A DNA stretch of 47,237 nucleotides. Origin: Clostridiales bacterium (GTDB lineage Bacteria; Bacillota; Clostridia; UBA1381). This document shows, piece by piece, positions 1 to 8,980 of this stretch. The stretch spans positions 1-47,237 of the forward strand of contig JAQXUJ010000227.1 of the NCBI GenBank assembly GCA_029219925.1. The letters are read 5' to 3'. Numbering within the stretch: the first letter of the stretch is position 1; the number at the start of each line of letters is the position of its first letter. The notes under the pieces are model-generated. The model saw only the letters and a list, made by a program, of their open reading frames with translations, had not been told where the DNA came from and did not search any database. Position numbers and translations under genes: made by a program.

Positions 1-228
1 TTGCTCTATGTTCGTTTCAGCCGGCGGAATTTTCAGCGGTAATTATTTTTGCACCGGCGGCGCATCGCCGGGAGGTACACCGAATTCGGCGATATGGGCA
101 TGGGCGGCGGCACACAATGACCTTTCGGGATTTTTACTGCCTGAGGACGTGCCGCATCCAATCAGGCGTAATTATTTCGGAATTGTAAATAATTTTGGGA
201 TATAATGTAAAAAAATTTTATAATGCCC

Positions 229-257
229 TTTATTATTGGGAAAATTTATGATATACT
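229..257 (+). promoter_or_regulatory. putative sigma-A promoter of the two-component operon
   Basis: TTTATT (229-234), 17-nt spacer, TGaTATACT extended -10 (249-257). The AT-rich region also offers TTGGGA (195-200)-18 nt-TATAAT (219-224), so the TSS is uncertain. Confidence 0.3.
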
Positions 258-374
258 AAGAAAAAGGCTTAAAATTACGGATTTGCGCCATGCACTTGCA
301 GGAATATGCACGGAATGTGTTATGCCCGGGAAAATTTTAAGCCACGGTGTTATGAAAAAAGGGGGCAGAAGTAT

Positions 375-1064
375 ATGAACAGCAAGGTTCTAATTGTAGA
401 TAACGAAAAAAATATAGTCGAGCTTGTGCGGCTTTATCTTGAAAAGGAGGGTTTCACGGCACTTTGCGCGTATGACGGGAAGGAAGCGCTGGAGGTATTC
501 AAGGAGAACTCGCCCGATATAGTCATACTGGACATAATGCTGCCGGAGATTGATGGCTGGGAGGTTTGCAAGGAAATACGAAAAAGCTCTGATACGCCGA
601 TAATCATGCTTACGGCGAAGTCGGACACCTTCGACAAGGTGTTGGGGCTTGAGCTGGGTGCGGACGATTATGTTACCAAGCCCTTTGAGGCGAAGGAGCT
701 TTTAGCTCGAGTGAAGGCGGTACTGCGCAGATTTGAACCGCAGGAGCAGGCGACGTCCGACAAGGAGGTCAACTATAAAAACCTGTCCATAAATATCGAG
801 AATTACGAGCTTAAGATAAACGGCGTGCAGGTGGAGGCGCCGCCCAAGGAGATAGAGCTTTTGTACTTTTTGGCGTCTAATCCCAACAGGGTATATACCA
901 GGGAGCAGCTGCTTGAAGAGGTATGGGGATTTGATTATTTCGGCGATTCTCGGACGGTGGACGTGCATATAAAGCGTTTGCGAGAAAAGCTGGAGCCGGC
1001 GTATGCCGACTGGCAGCTTAAAACGGTATGGGGCGTGGGCTATAAATTTGAGGTAAAGAAATAA
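375..1064 (+). CDS. OmpR-family response regulator
   Basis: ORF 306..1064. Start moved to ATG 375 (MNSKVLIVDNE) just downstream of an AAAGGGGG SD. Receiver domain (DIVILDIMLPEIDG) plus winged-helix output (TVWGVGYKF). Confidence 0.9.
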   Translation: MNSKVLIVDNEKNIVELVRLYLEKEGFTALCAYDGKEALEVFKENSPDIVILDIMLPEIDGWEVCKEIRKSSDTPIIMLTAKSDTFDKVLGLELGADDYVTKPFEAKELLARVKAVLRRFEPQEQATSDKEVNYKNLSINIENYELKINGVQVEAPPKEIELLYFLASNPNRVYTREQLLEEVWGFDYFGDSRTVDVHIKRLREKLEPAYADWQLKTVWGVGYKFEVKK

Positions 1065-1140
1065 GTGCAGGATTGGGCATGAGCGGCGGCTCATGGATTA
1101 AATTAAGCCGCGGGAAGCAGCGGCGGAACGGAAGAGTATC

Positions 1141-2547
1141 ATGTTTAAAACGATATTTCAGCGGCTTTTCTGGACAAGTACGGCGATAATAGTGTTCGTG
1201 GTAACGACGGTATCGCTGTGCATGTTCGGGCTGATGAACAGATTTGTGCTGGACGAAAAGATGAATTCCGCCATGAAGGCGTCGGGCAGCATTGAATATT
1301 TAACGAGGAATTTTGTGGAGGACGATGCGGACAGCCGTTACCGCCATATGTATGATTCCACGCTGGCGTCATGGTCGCTGATGGTGGAGGCGGATATTGC
1401 GGTGGTAAATCAGAACGGTGCGGTATTTGCGTCCACAAACGCGCGCCGGCGTGTGCCGCAGGATTTGGCGGCTAAGGTCACGTCGGGCGAAACGGTGCGC
1501 CGTCATGCGGGAGTAAAGGACGGCAAGGTATACATTATAGGCATACCAATTAGGTATAACAGCGAAATTATTGGTGGAATTTTCTATTTTTATCCGCCGG
1601 AAATCATGAAAAACACCCTGCGTGATTTCTCGTCAATGATATTCCTGTCGCTGATAGTTGCCATGATGATAGCGCTGTGTCTGATAGCCTTCGAGTCGAG
1701 GCACATATCCGGACCGTTAAAGCAGATAAACACGGCGGTTTTGGAGATAGCGTCGGGGAAGTTTGATAAGAGGGTAAATAATATCGCCAGTAACGATGAG
1801 ATTGCCCAGCTTACGTCCAGCTTTAATTATATGGCGGATTCTCTCCAGCATCTGGAGGAGATGCGTGCCGGCTTTATTTCGGACATTTCCCATGAGCTGC
1901 GTACGCCGATGACTTCAATTTCCGGCTTTGTTCAAGGTATAATTGACGGCACAATTCCAAAAGATAAGGAAACGGAGTATCTCAAAATAGTGCTGGAGGA
2001 ATCCAAGCGGCTTTCAAGGCTCACCAACGAGATGTTTGAAATGACGAAAATATCCTCGCCGCAGTATAAGCTGTCGGTAAAGCAGTTTGACCTTGCGGAG
2101 GCGGTGCGGCTGTGCATAATAAGTGCGGAGCAGAAAATTGACGAAAAAAATCTTGAGCTGGACGTGTGGTTTGAAAGCGACGTGATGAACGTGGCGGCGG
2201 ACCCGGACGCAATCAAGCGGGTGATTATCAACCTGCTGGATAACGCCGTAAAATTCAGCGATGAAGGAAGGACAATTACAATCCGCATATTTGAGAAGGG
2301 CAAGCATGTGGTTTTTGAAATAATCAACTACGGCGCCGGAATCAGCGACGAGGATTTGCCGCATATCTTCGACAGATTTTATAAGTCGGACAAGTCACGC
2401 AGTCCGGGCAGAGCCGGAGCGGGACTGGGGCTGTCCTTTGCGAAGAATATAATGACCCTTCATTCACAGACGATTACGGCGACGAGCGTTCCCTATGAAG
2501 GAACTGTAAAAAAGACTACATTTACCTTTACTCTGGAAAAGGCGTAA
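1141..2547 (+). CDS. sensor histidine kinase
   Basis: Two hydrophobic TM segments, HAMP-like linker, H-box SHELRTPMTSISGF, HATPase_c boxes (NLLDNAVKF, GAGLGLSF). Lies directly downstream of the regulator. Confidence 0.9.
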   Translation: MFKTIFQRLFWTSTAIIVFVVTTVSLCMFGLMNRFVLDEKMNSAMKASGSIEYLTRNFVEDDADSRYRHMYDSTLASWSLMVEADIAVVNQNGAVFASTNARRRVPQDLAAKVTSGETVRRHAGVKDGKVYIIGIPIRYNSEIIGGIFYFYPPEIMKNTLRDFSSMIFLSLIVAMMIALCLIAFESRHISGPLKQINTAVLEIASGKFDKRVNNIASNDEIAQLTSSFNYMADSLQHLEEMRAGFISDISHELRTPMTSISGFVQGIIDGTIPKDKETEYLKIVLEESKRLSRLTNEMFEMTKISSPQYKLSVKQFDLAEAVRLCIISAEQKIDEKNLELDVWFESDVMNVAADPDAIKRVIINLLDNAVKFSDEGRTITIRIFEKGKHVVFEIINYGAGISDEDLPHIFDRFYKSDKSRSPGRAGAGLGLSFAKNIMTLHSQTITATSVPYEGTVKKTTFTFTLEKA

Positions 2548-2580
2548 ATGTTTGAGAGAGAAGAATAACGGAGGCAGGAC

Positions 2581-3480
2581 ATGGATTTTGATGTAATAAT
2601 AATCGGAGCGGGACCGGCGGGACTGAGCGCCGGAATATACTGCGGACGTGCCGGCTTAAGTACGCTGGTGCTGGCGCCTCAGGGAACCGGCGGACAGGTG
2701 AGCTATACCAATGAGATAGAGAATTATCCGGGCTTTGCCGGCACCGGTGCGGAGCTGTCGGAGAAGATGTATGAGCAGGCTGTGCAGTCGGGAGCGGTGT
2801 TTGCCGGAGAGAAGGCGCAGGAGCTTAAGAGTGTTCAGGGTGCGTGGTCGGTGCGGACAAGACGAGGAGAATACCGGGCAAAAAAGGTAATTATTGCAAC
2901 GGGCGCCGACCCGAGAAAGCTGGGCGCCGACGGTGAGGAGCGGTTTAAGGGAGCGGGAGTGTCCTACTGCGCCACCTGTGACGGAGCGTTTTTCAAGGAC
3001 AAGACGGTTATGGTAGTGGGCGGCGGAAATACGGCATTTTCCGATGCGCTGTATCTGTCGCGGTTCTGCAGAAGGGTGTATCTCGTGCACAGAAACGAAA
3101 AGTTCCGTGCCTCCAGGGTATTAATCGACCGTGTGCGCCGGAGCAGCAAGATTTTGATACGAACCAATGAAACGGTGGAGAAAATTCAGGGAGAAGCATC
3201 GGTAAAGTCGGTGGTATTAAAGCATACCCTGTCATCGAGAATGAGCGTAATTGAAACCGATGCGGTTTTCGCAGCGGTGGGCAGAGTGCCGCAAAGCGAG
3301 CTGGTAAGCGGCATTGCGGAGCTTACCGATGAAGGGTATATTGTCACGGATGACAGAATGCATACCGATAAAGAGGGACTTTATGCGGTGGGTGATGTGC
3401 GTAAAACGCCGCTTAGGCAGATAGTAACGGCGGCTGCCGATGGTGCGGTTGCTGCCGAGGATATAGCAAATTCATTATAG
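2581..3480 (+). CDS. trxB: thioredoxin-disulfide reductase
   Basis: GAGPAG FAD motif, redox-active CATC, GGGNTA dinucleotide-binding motif, C-terminal AVGD motif. GGAGG SD before ATG 2581. Confidence 0.85.
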   Translation: MDFDVIIIGAGPAGLSAGIYCGRAGLSTLVLAPQGTGGQVSYTNEIENYPGFAGTGAELSEKMYEQAVQSGAVFAGEKAQELKSVQGAWSVRTRRGEYRAKKVIIATGADPRKLGADGEERFKGAGVSYCATCDGAFFKDKTVMVVGGGNTAFSDALYLSRFCRRVYLVHRNEKFRASRVLIDRVRRSSKILIRTNETVEKIQGEASVKSVVLKHTLSSRMSVIETDAVFAAVGRVPQSELVSGIAELTDEGYIVTDDRMHTDKEGLYAVGDVRKTPLRQIVTAAADGAVAAEDIANSL

Positions 3481-3491
3481 GGGCACGGTTA

Positions 3492-5225
3492 ATGGGAATG
3501 AAAAAACTGTTTAAATATATGAAGGAATACAGAAAAGAGGCATTTTTAGGGCCTCTTTTCAAGCTGCTTGAGGCATCCTTTGAGATGTTTGTGCCGCTGG
3601 TTGTGGCGGCGGTGATAGACAACGGAATACCGGCGGGGGATAAGGGCTATGTGCTGAAAATGTGCGGAATGTTGGTACTGCTGGCGTCGGTAGGGCTTAC
3701 CTGCACGCTTTTTGCGCAGTATTTCGCGGCGAAGGCGTCGGTGGGATTTGTGACGAAGATACGGCATGCGCTGTTTTGCCATATACAATCGCTGTCCCAT
3801 ACCGAGCTGGACAGAACAGGCATATCCACGCTGATTACGCGTATAACGGGCGACGTAAATCAGGTGCAGACGGGAATGAATTTAACGCTGCGCCTGCTTT
3901 TGCGTTCGCCCTTTGTGGTTTTCGGGGCAATGATAATGGCGTTTACGGTGGACGTAAAGGCGGCGCTGATTTTTGAGGCGGTGATACCTGTTTTGGCGGC
4001 GGTGGTGTTTTTCATCATGCTTGTGTCCATACCGCTGTACAGGAAGGTGCAGGCAAATCTGGACAGGGTGCTGGGTATCACCCGTGAAAATATGACGGGC
4101 AGCAGGGTAATCCGTGCCTTCTGCAAGGAGGATGAGGAAATTGCGGAATTTGACAGGCGCAACGGGGAGCTTGCGGCGTCACAGCGGTTTGTGGGCAGAA
4201 TTTCTGCGCTGATGAATCCGCTGACCTACGGGATTATAAATGTGGCGGTAATAGCGCTGATGTGGACGGGAGCTCTGCGGGTAAATGCGGGGACGCTGAC
4301 GCAGGGTGAGGTTGTGGCGCTTTATAACTATATGTCTCAGATTTTGGTGGAGCTTATTAAGCTTGCCAATCTGATAATCAACATCACGAAATCAATTGCC
4401 TGCGGAAACAGGATTCAGCAGGTGCTTGAGATAGAGCCGTCGGTGGAAGGCGGCGGAGTAACCGAAGGAAAGCCGGGGACAGCCGCAGTGGAGTTTAAGA
4501 ACGTATCCTTAAGATATAAGGGAGCGGCGGAAAATTCCCTGGAGAATATCAGCTTTACGGCGGCTCACGGCGAAACGGTGGGGATAATCGGAGGAACGGG
4601 TTCGGGCAAAAGCTCGCTTGTGAATCTGATTCCGCGGTTTTACGATACCTATAGCGGAGAGGTGCTGGTGGACGGCGTGAACGTGCGTGATTACGACGTG
4701 GAGGCTTTGCGCGGCAAGATTGCGGTTGTGCCTCAGAAGGCGGTGCTGTTCAGAGGAACGGTGCGTGAAAATCTGCTGTGGGGAAAGGAGGACGCCACGG
4801 AGGACGAGCTGTGGGCGGCTGTTGAGGCGTCCCAGTCGGCGGATATTGTAAAGGGAAAGCCGGGCGGACTTGACAGCATGATTGAGCAGGGCGGAAAGAA
4901 TCTTTCGGGGGGTCAGAGGCAGAGGCTTACCATAGCCCGGGCGCTGGTAAAGAATGCGGAAATTCTTATTATGGACGACAGCGCATCCGCATTGGATTTC
5001 GCCACCGACGCAAGGCTGCGTGCGGCGATTAAATCGCTTAAGAACAAGCCCTGTACCTTTATCGTTTCCCAGCGTGCGTCGTCGGTTATGCATGCCGACA
5101 AAATAATTGTGCTGGAGGACGGAGCGGCGGTGGGTATAGGCACTCACGAGGAGCTGCTGAAGGGCTGTAGTGTCTATGCGGAGATTTATGCCACGCAATT
5201 CAGGCAGGAGGAAGAAAATGGCTAA
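3492..5225 (+). CDS. ABC exporter permease/ATPase fusion, subunit 1 of a heterodimer
   Basis: N-terminal 6-TM exporter domain plus NBD. Walker A GGTGSGKSS, signature LSGGQRQR, Walker B ILIMDD (Asp where the catalytic Glu is expected). Confidence 0.85.
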   Translation: MGMKKLFKYMKEYRKEAFLGPLFKLLEASFEMFVPLVVAAVIDNGIPAGDKGYVLKMCGMLVLLASVGLTCTLFAQYFAAKASVGFVTKIRHALFCHIQSLSHTELDRTGISTLITRITGDVNQVQTGMNLTLRLLLRSPFVVFGAMIMAFTVDVKAALIFEAVIPVLAAVVFFIMLVSIPLYRKVQANLDRVLGITRENMTGSRVIRAFCKEDEEIAEFDRRNGELAASQRFVGRISALMNPLTYGIINVAVIALMWTGALRVNAGTLTQGEVVALYNYMSQILVELIKLANLIINITKSIACGNRIQQVLEIEPSVEGGGVTEGKPGTAAVEFKNVSLRYKGAAENSLENISFTAAHGETVGIIGGTGSGKSSLVNLIPRFYDTYSGEVLVDGVNVRDYDVEALRGKIAVVPQKAVLFRGTVRENLLWGKEDATEDELWAAVEASQSADIVKGKPGGLDSMIEQGGKNLSGGQRQRLTIARALVKNAEILIMDDSASALDFATDARLRAAIKSLKNKPCTFIVSQRASSVMHADKIIVLEDGAAVGIGTHEELLKGCSVYAEIYATQFRQEEENG

Positions 5226-6948
5226 GAAAAACACGCTTATACGGGTGCTGAAATATGTAAAAAAATATCGGATATTAATGACTGCCTCCGTAATTCTGGC
5301 GGCGGTCACGGTAGCGCTTACGCTGTATGTGCCTGTGCTGGTGGGCAGGGTAATCGACTGCATAGTGACGGCGGGACAGGTAAATTTCGGCGCAATCAAG
5401 CCGATTTTGGCGGAAATAGGCATTGTGACGGCGGTTACGGTGGTTTTGCAGTGGGTGATGAATAATGTCAACAATTACGTAACCTTCAATGTGGTGCGGG
5501 ACGTGCGTGCCGACGCCTTCCGCAAGCTGGAGGTACTGCCTCTCAGCTTTATTGACTCGCATCGTCCGGGAGAGATTGTGAGCAGGATTATTGCCGATGC
5601 GGACCAGTTTTCCGAGGGACTTCTGATGGGATTTGCGCAGCTGTTTACGGGAGTGGTAACGATTTTAGGCACGCTGTTTTTCATGTTCCGACTGAATGTG
5701 GGAATAACGGCGGCGGTGGTTGTGCTTACGCCGGTTTCGCTGTTTGTTGCGAAGTTCATTGCCGGAAGAACCTATTCCATGTTCAAAAAGCAGTCGGAAA
5801 TCCGCGGAGAGCAGACGGCGCTGATTGATGAAATGATAGGAAATCAGAAGATTGTGAAGGCGTTGTCCTATGAGGAAAAGGCGACGGAGCGGTTTGATGA
5901 AATCAATGAAAGGCTGGAGAAATATTCGCTGAGGGCGATTTTCTTCTCATCGCTGACCAATCCCACTACCCGTTTCGTAAATGCGCTGGTTTATGCGTGC
6001 GTGGCGCTGTTTGGCGCATTTTCGGTAATCGGCGGAGGCATTACGGTGGGAGGGCTTTCCTGTTTTTTAAGCTATGCGAACCAGTATACCAAGCCGTTTA
6101 ACGAAATTTCGGGAGTAGTGACCGAGCTGCAGAACGCACTTGCCTGTGCGGCGAGAATATTCGAGCTGATTGACGAGCCGCCGCAGAGTGAGGATGCGGA
6201 CGGACAGCTTGGCAGAGCGGACGGAAGGGTAGAGCTTGACGGAGTCAGCTTTTCCTATACGCCGGAGCGGAAGCTTATTGAAAATCTGAGCATTTCGGTA
6301 AAGCCGGGGCAGAAGGTTGCGATAGTTGGTCCGACCGGCTGCGGAAAAACCACGCTGATAAATCTTTTAATGCGGTTTTACGATGTAACGGGCGGAGAAA
6401 TAAGGGTGGACGGCAAAGATATCCGCAGTGTGACCCGCAGGAGTCTGCGTAAAAATTACGGGATGGTTTTGCAGGAAACCTGGCTGAAAACCGGAACTGT
6501 CCGGGAAAATATTGTAATGGGCAAGCCGAATGCCACCGACGAGGAAGTGATTGAGGCGGCGAAGGCGGCGCACAGCCACGGATTTATAAAACGTCTGCCG
6601 GATGGATATGATACGGTCATTTCGGACAATGACGGACTTCTGTCCCAGGGCGAAAAGCAGCTTTTATGCATAACCCGTGTCATGCTGTGCCTGCCGCCAA
6701 TGCTAATTCTGGACGAGGCTACATCTTCAATAGATACTCGAACCGAGATGAAAATTCAGGATGCCTTCAGCCGGCTTATGAAGGGGCGCACCGGCTTTAT
6801 TGTGGCGCATAGGCTGTCCACCATACTGGATGCCGACCTGATTTTGGTTATGAAGGACGGAAATATTATTGAGCAGGGCACGCACAGCAGTCTTATGGCG
6901 GAAAACGGGTTCTACACGGCGCTGTATAACAGCCAGTTTAAAAGCTGA
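5218..6948 (+). CDS. ABC exporter permease/ATPase fusion, subunit 2 of a heterodimer
   Basis: ORF 5170..6948. Start moved to ATG 5218 (MAKKNTL), overlapping the upstream stop by 8 nt. Walker A GPTGCGKTT, non-canonical signature LSQGEKQ, Walker B LILDEATS. Confidence 0.85.
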   Translation: MAKKNTLIRVLKYVKKYRILMTASVILAAVTVALTLYVPVLVGRVIDCIVTAGQVNFGAIKPILAEIGIVTAVTVVLQWVMNNVNNYVTFNVVRDVRADAFRKLEVLPLSFIDSHRPGEIVSRIIADADQFSEGLLMGFAQLFTGVVTILGTLFFMFRLNVGITAAVVVLTPVSLFVAKFIAGRTYSMFKKQSEIRGEQTALIDEMIGNQKIVKALSYEEKATERFDEINERLEKYSLRAIFFSSLTNPTTRFVNALVYACVALFGAFSVIGGGITVGGLSCFLSYANQYTKPFNEISGVVTELQNALACAARIFELIDEPPQSEDADGQLGRADGRVELDGVSFSYTPERKLIENLSISVKPGQKVAIVGPTGCGKTTLINLLMRFYDVTGGEIRVDGKDIRSVTRRSLRKNYGMVLQETWLKTGTVRENIVMGKPNATDEEVIEAAKAAHSHGFIKRLPDGYDTVISDNDGLLSQGEKQLLCITRVMLCLPPMLILDEATSSIDTRTEMKIQDAFSRLMKGRTGFIVAHRLSTILDADLILVMKDGNIIEQGTHSSLMAENGFYTALYNSQFKS

Positions 6949-7041
6949 TTCGGAAAGCTGCTTTGTTGACGGGAAAAACGATAAACGCAAAGAACCTTAG
7001 CATATTGTGGATTAAAAGTAATAATATAGTACGATTAACTA

Positions 7042-7070
7042 TTGAAAAAAAACAAGCTGTGTGATATAAT
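7042..7070 (+). promoter_or_regulatory. sigma-A promoter of ychF
   Basis: TTGAAA (7042-7047), 17-nt spacer, TGaTATAAT extended -10 (7062-7070). Confidence 0.6.
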
Positions 7071-7133
7071 ATGTTGTATTGTAAGGTCTTATTTTCGAAA
7101 AAGGACGCATAAACAAAGGAGATAGAATAAAAG

Positions 7134-8228
7134 ATGAAATTAGGAATAGTAGGACTTCCGAATGTGGGGAAATCAACGCTGTTTAATGCAATAACTCAGG
7201 CAGGAGCGGAATCGGCAAACTATCCGTTCTGCACAATTGAGCCGAACGTAGGCGTTGTGGATGTGCCGGATGAAAGAATTGACAATCTGGCGAAGATGTA
7301 TAATCCGAAGAAGGTCACCCGGGCATATATTGAGTTTGTGGATATAGCCGGACTGGTTAAGGGTGCGTCCAAGGGCGAAGGACTGGGAAACAAATTCCTG
7401 TCGCATATTAGGGAGGTTGACGCCATTGTCCATGTGGTACGCTGCTTTGAGGATACAAATATAACCCACGTGGACGGGAGCATTGACCCTCTGCGCGACA
7501 TTGAAACAATTAATTTGGAGCTGATATTTTCCGATATAGAAATAATCGACAGAAGGATTGACAGAACCAAAAAGGCTATGAAGGGCGACAAATCTCTTGC
7601 CAAGGAGCTGGAGCTTTTAGAGCGGGTCAAGGCGGCAATGGAGGACGGAAAGCCGGCAAGAAGTCTCGAATACAGCGAGGACGAGGCGGCGATTATGCGT
7701 GAAATTTCGCTGATTTCCATGAAGCCTGTTATATATGCCGCCAATGTTGCCGAGGATGATTTTAAAAAAGGAATTGAAAATAACCCCTATGTGAAGAAGG
7801 TGGAGGAGCTGGCAAAGACGGAAAATGCGCAGGTAATGCCGGTTTCGGCGCGTATTGAAGAGGAAATTTCCCAGCTGGATGATGACGAAAAGGCTATGTT
7901 CTTAGAGGAGCTGGGCATGGAGGAATCGGGGCTTGACCGTCTGATAAAGGCAAGCTACACGCTGCTGGGGCTTATCAGCTACCTAACGGCGGGCGAGCCG
8001 GAGGTTCGAGCATGGACAATAAAAAAAGGTACGAAAGCGCCCCAGGCGGCGGGAAAAATTCACACCGATTTTGAACGTGGTTTTATCCGTGCGGAGGTTG
8101 TGGCATATGATGACCTCATGGCATGCGGGAGCATGACTGCGGCGAAGGAGAAGGGGCTTGTCCGTTCGGAGGGGAAGGATTATGTCATGAAGGACGGAGA
8201 TATTGTACTGTTCAGATTTAACGTCTGA
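7134..8228 (+). CDS. ychF: redox-regulated ribosome-binding ATPase YchF
   Basis: GLPNVGKSTLFNA P-loop. 364 aa with the YchF-type C-terminal TGS-like end (DGDIVLFRFNV). Confidence 0.95.
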   Translation: MKLGIVGLPNVGKSTLFNAITQAGAESANYPFCTIEPNVGVVDVPDERIDNLAKMYNPKKVTRAYIEFVDIAGLVKGASKGEGLGNKFLSHIREVDAIVHVVRCFEDTNITHVDGSIDPLRDIETINLELIFSDIEIIDRRIDRTKKAMKGDKSLAKELELLERVKAAMEDGKPARSLEYSEDEAAIMREISLISMKPVIYAANVAEDDFKKGIENNPYVKKVEELAKTENAQVMPVSARIEEEISQLDDDEKAMFLEELGMEESGLDRLIKASYTLLGLISYLTAGEPEVRAWTIKKGTKAPQAAGKIHTDFERGFIRAEVVAYDDLMACGSMTAAKEKGLVRSEGKDYVMKDGDIVLFRFNV

Positions 8229-8235
8229 CGAAAGA

Positions 8236-8269
8236 GGGGGATTGTGCGAAATGTGCGCAGTCCCTTTTT
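8236..8269 (+). terminator. possible intrinsic terminator after ychF
   Basis: Imperfect hairpin GGGA..TGCG/CGCA..TCCC followed by TTTTT. Confidence 0.35.
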
Positions 8270-8349
8270 GATAGAAAAACTGCTTGATTATTCGGCTGAC
8301 TTATAGTATAATAATATTAGCCGTTAAGGGGAAAAACGGGAGAGATACT

Positions 8350-8976
8350 ATGGAAGTTTACGGAACAAAACCGAAGATGTTTACAAAGGCATGGTGGGGA
8401 TATTTTTGGTACTATTATAAATGGCATACGCTTGCGGCGGCATTTGTGCTGACGGTGATAATTACCGGTGTTGTGCAGTGTGCAACTGACGTAAAATATG
8501 ACCTTCAGGTAGACTATGTTGTGGACGGAATACTGTCTGACGAACAGAAAACGGCATTGGAGCAGCTGATGTGCGAAAACATCGGCGACGCCGGCGGGAA
8601 CGGAAAAATCGATGCATTTGTACTTTATCTGAACATGGCCGAAACCAAAGATATACAGATGAAGCAGGCAATGCAGACTAAGCTGTTTTTGGAGCAGGGG
8701 TATTCGGAATCCTTTGTGTTTATCGCATCAAAGGATTATATAAGCTGGCTTGCCTCGGCGGAGATATTCGAGCCGGTTTCGGCGTGGGCGCCGGACGCAG
8801 AGGGCGATTATTACGCAAGTCTTGCCGGCTGTACGGCGCTGGAGGAGCTGGGGATAGATACGTCGGATTTGTATGTGGCGGTTCGTAAGCTGCGCAAGGA
8901 CGAGGATAAGGATTTCGCAAAGGCGCAGTACGAAAACGGAATGAAATTTGCACAATTTTTAGTAAGTAAGAGGTGA
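8350..8976 (+). CDS. hypothetical single-pass membrane protein
   Basis: ORF 8284..8976. Start moved to ATG 8350 (MEVYGTKPKMF) behind a GGGAGAG SD. Aromatic-rich juxtamembrane stretch, one TM (LAAAFVLTVIITGVV), ~150-aa extracytoplasmic part. No family recognised. Confidence 0.6.
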   Translation: MEVYGTKPKMFTKAWWGYFWYYYKWHTLAAAFVLTVIITGVVQCATDVKYDLQVDYVVDGILSDEQKTALEQLMCENIGDAGGNGKIDAFVLYLNMAETKDIQMKQAMQTKLFLEQGYSESFVFIASKDYISWLASAEIFEPVSAWAPDAEGDYYASLAGCTALEELGIDTSDLYVAVRKLRKDEDKDFAKAQYENGMKFAQFLVSKR

Positions 8977-8980
8977 GCCG

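Noticed and set aside
1-205. ORF 8..205 (65 aa), which is also open to the left edge. It could be the 3' end of an upstream gene or a structured element (TCGCCG..CGGCGA hairpin around an EcoRI palindrome, about 66-92).
   Set aside because: Two plus-strand frames are open here and neither translation resembles a known family. There is no start or SD context and all minus frames contain stops. I cannot support a call, so it is left unannotated.
2581-3480. TrxB reads HRNEKFR where classical NADPH-dependent enzymes read HRRxxxR. This could mean altered cofactor use or ferredoxin dependence.
   Set aside because: It is a single Arg-to-Asn change, and the other Arg residues and the GGGNTA motif are intact. 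That is too little to claim a different reductant without alignment and structure.
4509-5474. Long antisense ORFs: 4509..5474 (321 aa), 8720..9772 (350 aa), 23288..23836 (182 aa), 7220..7744, 42357..42815 and similar.
   Set aside because: Each lies opposite a confidently identified gene. They have Arg/Pro/Ser/His/Leu-rich shadow-ORF composition, no SD and no recognisable domain.
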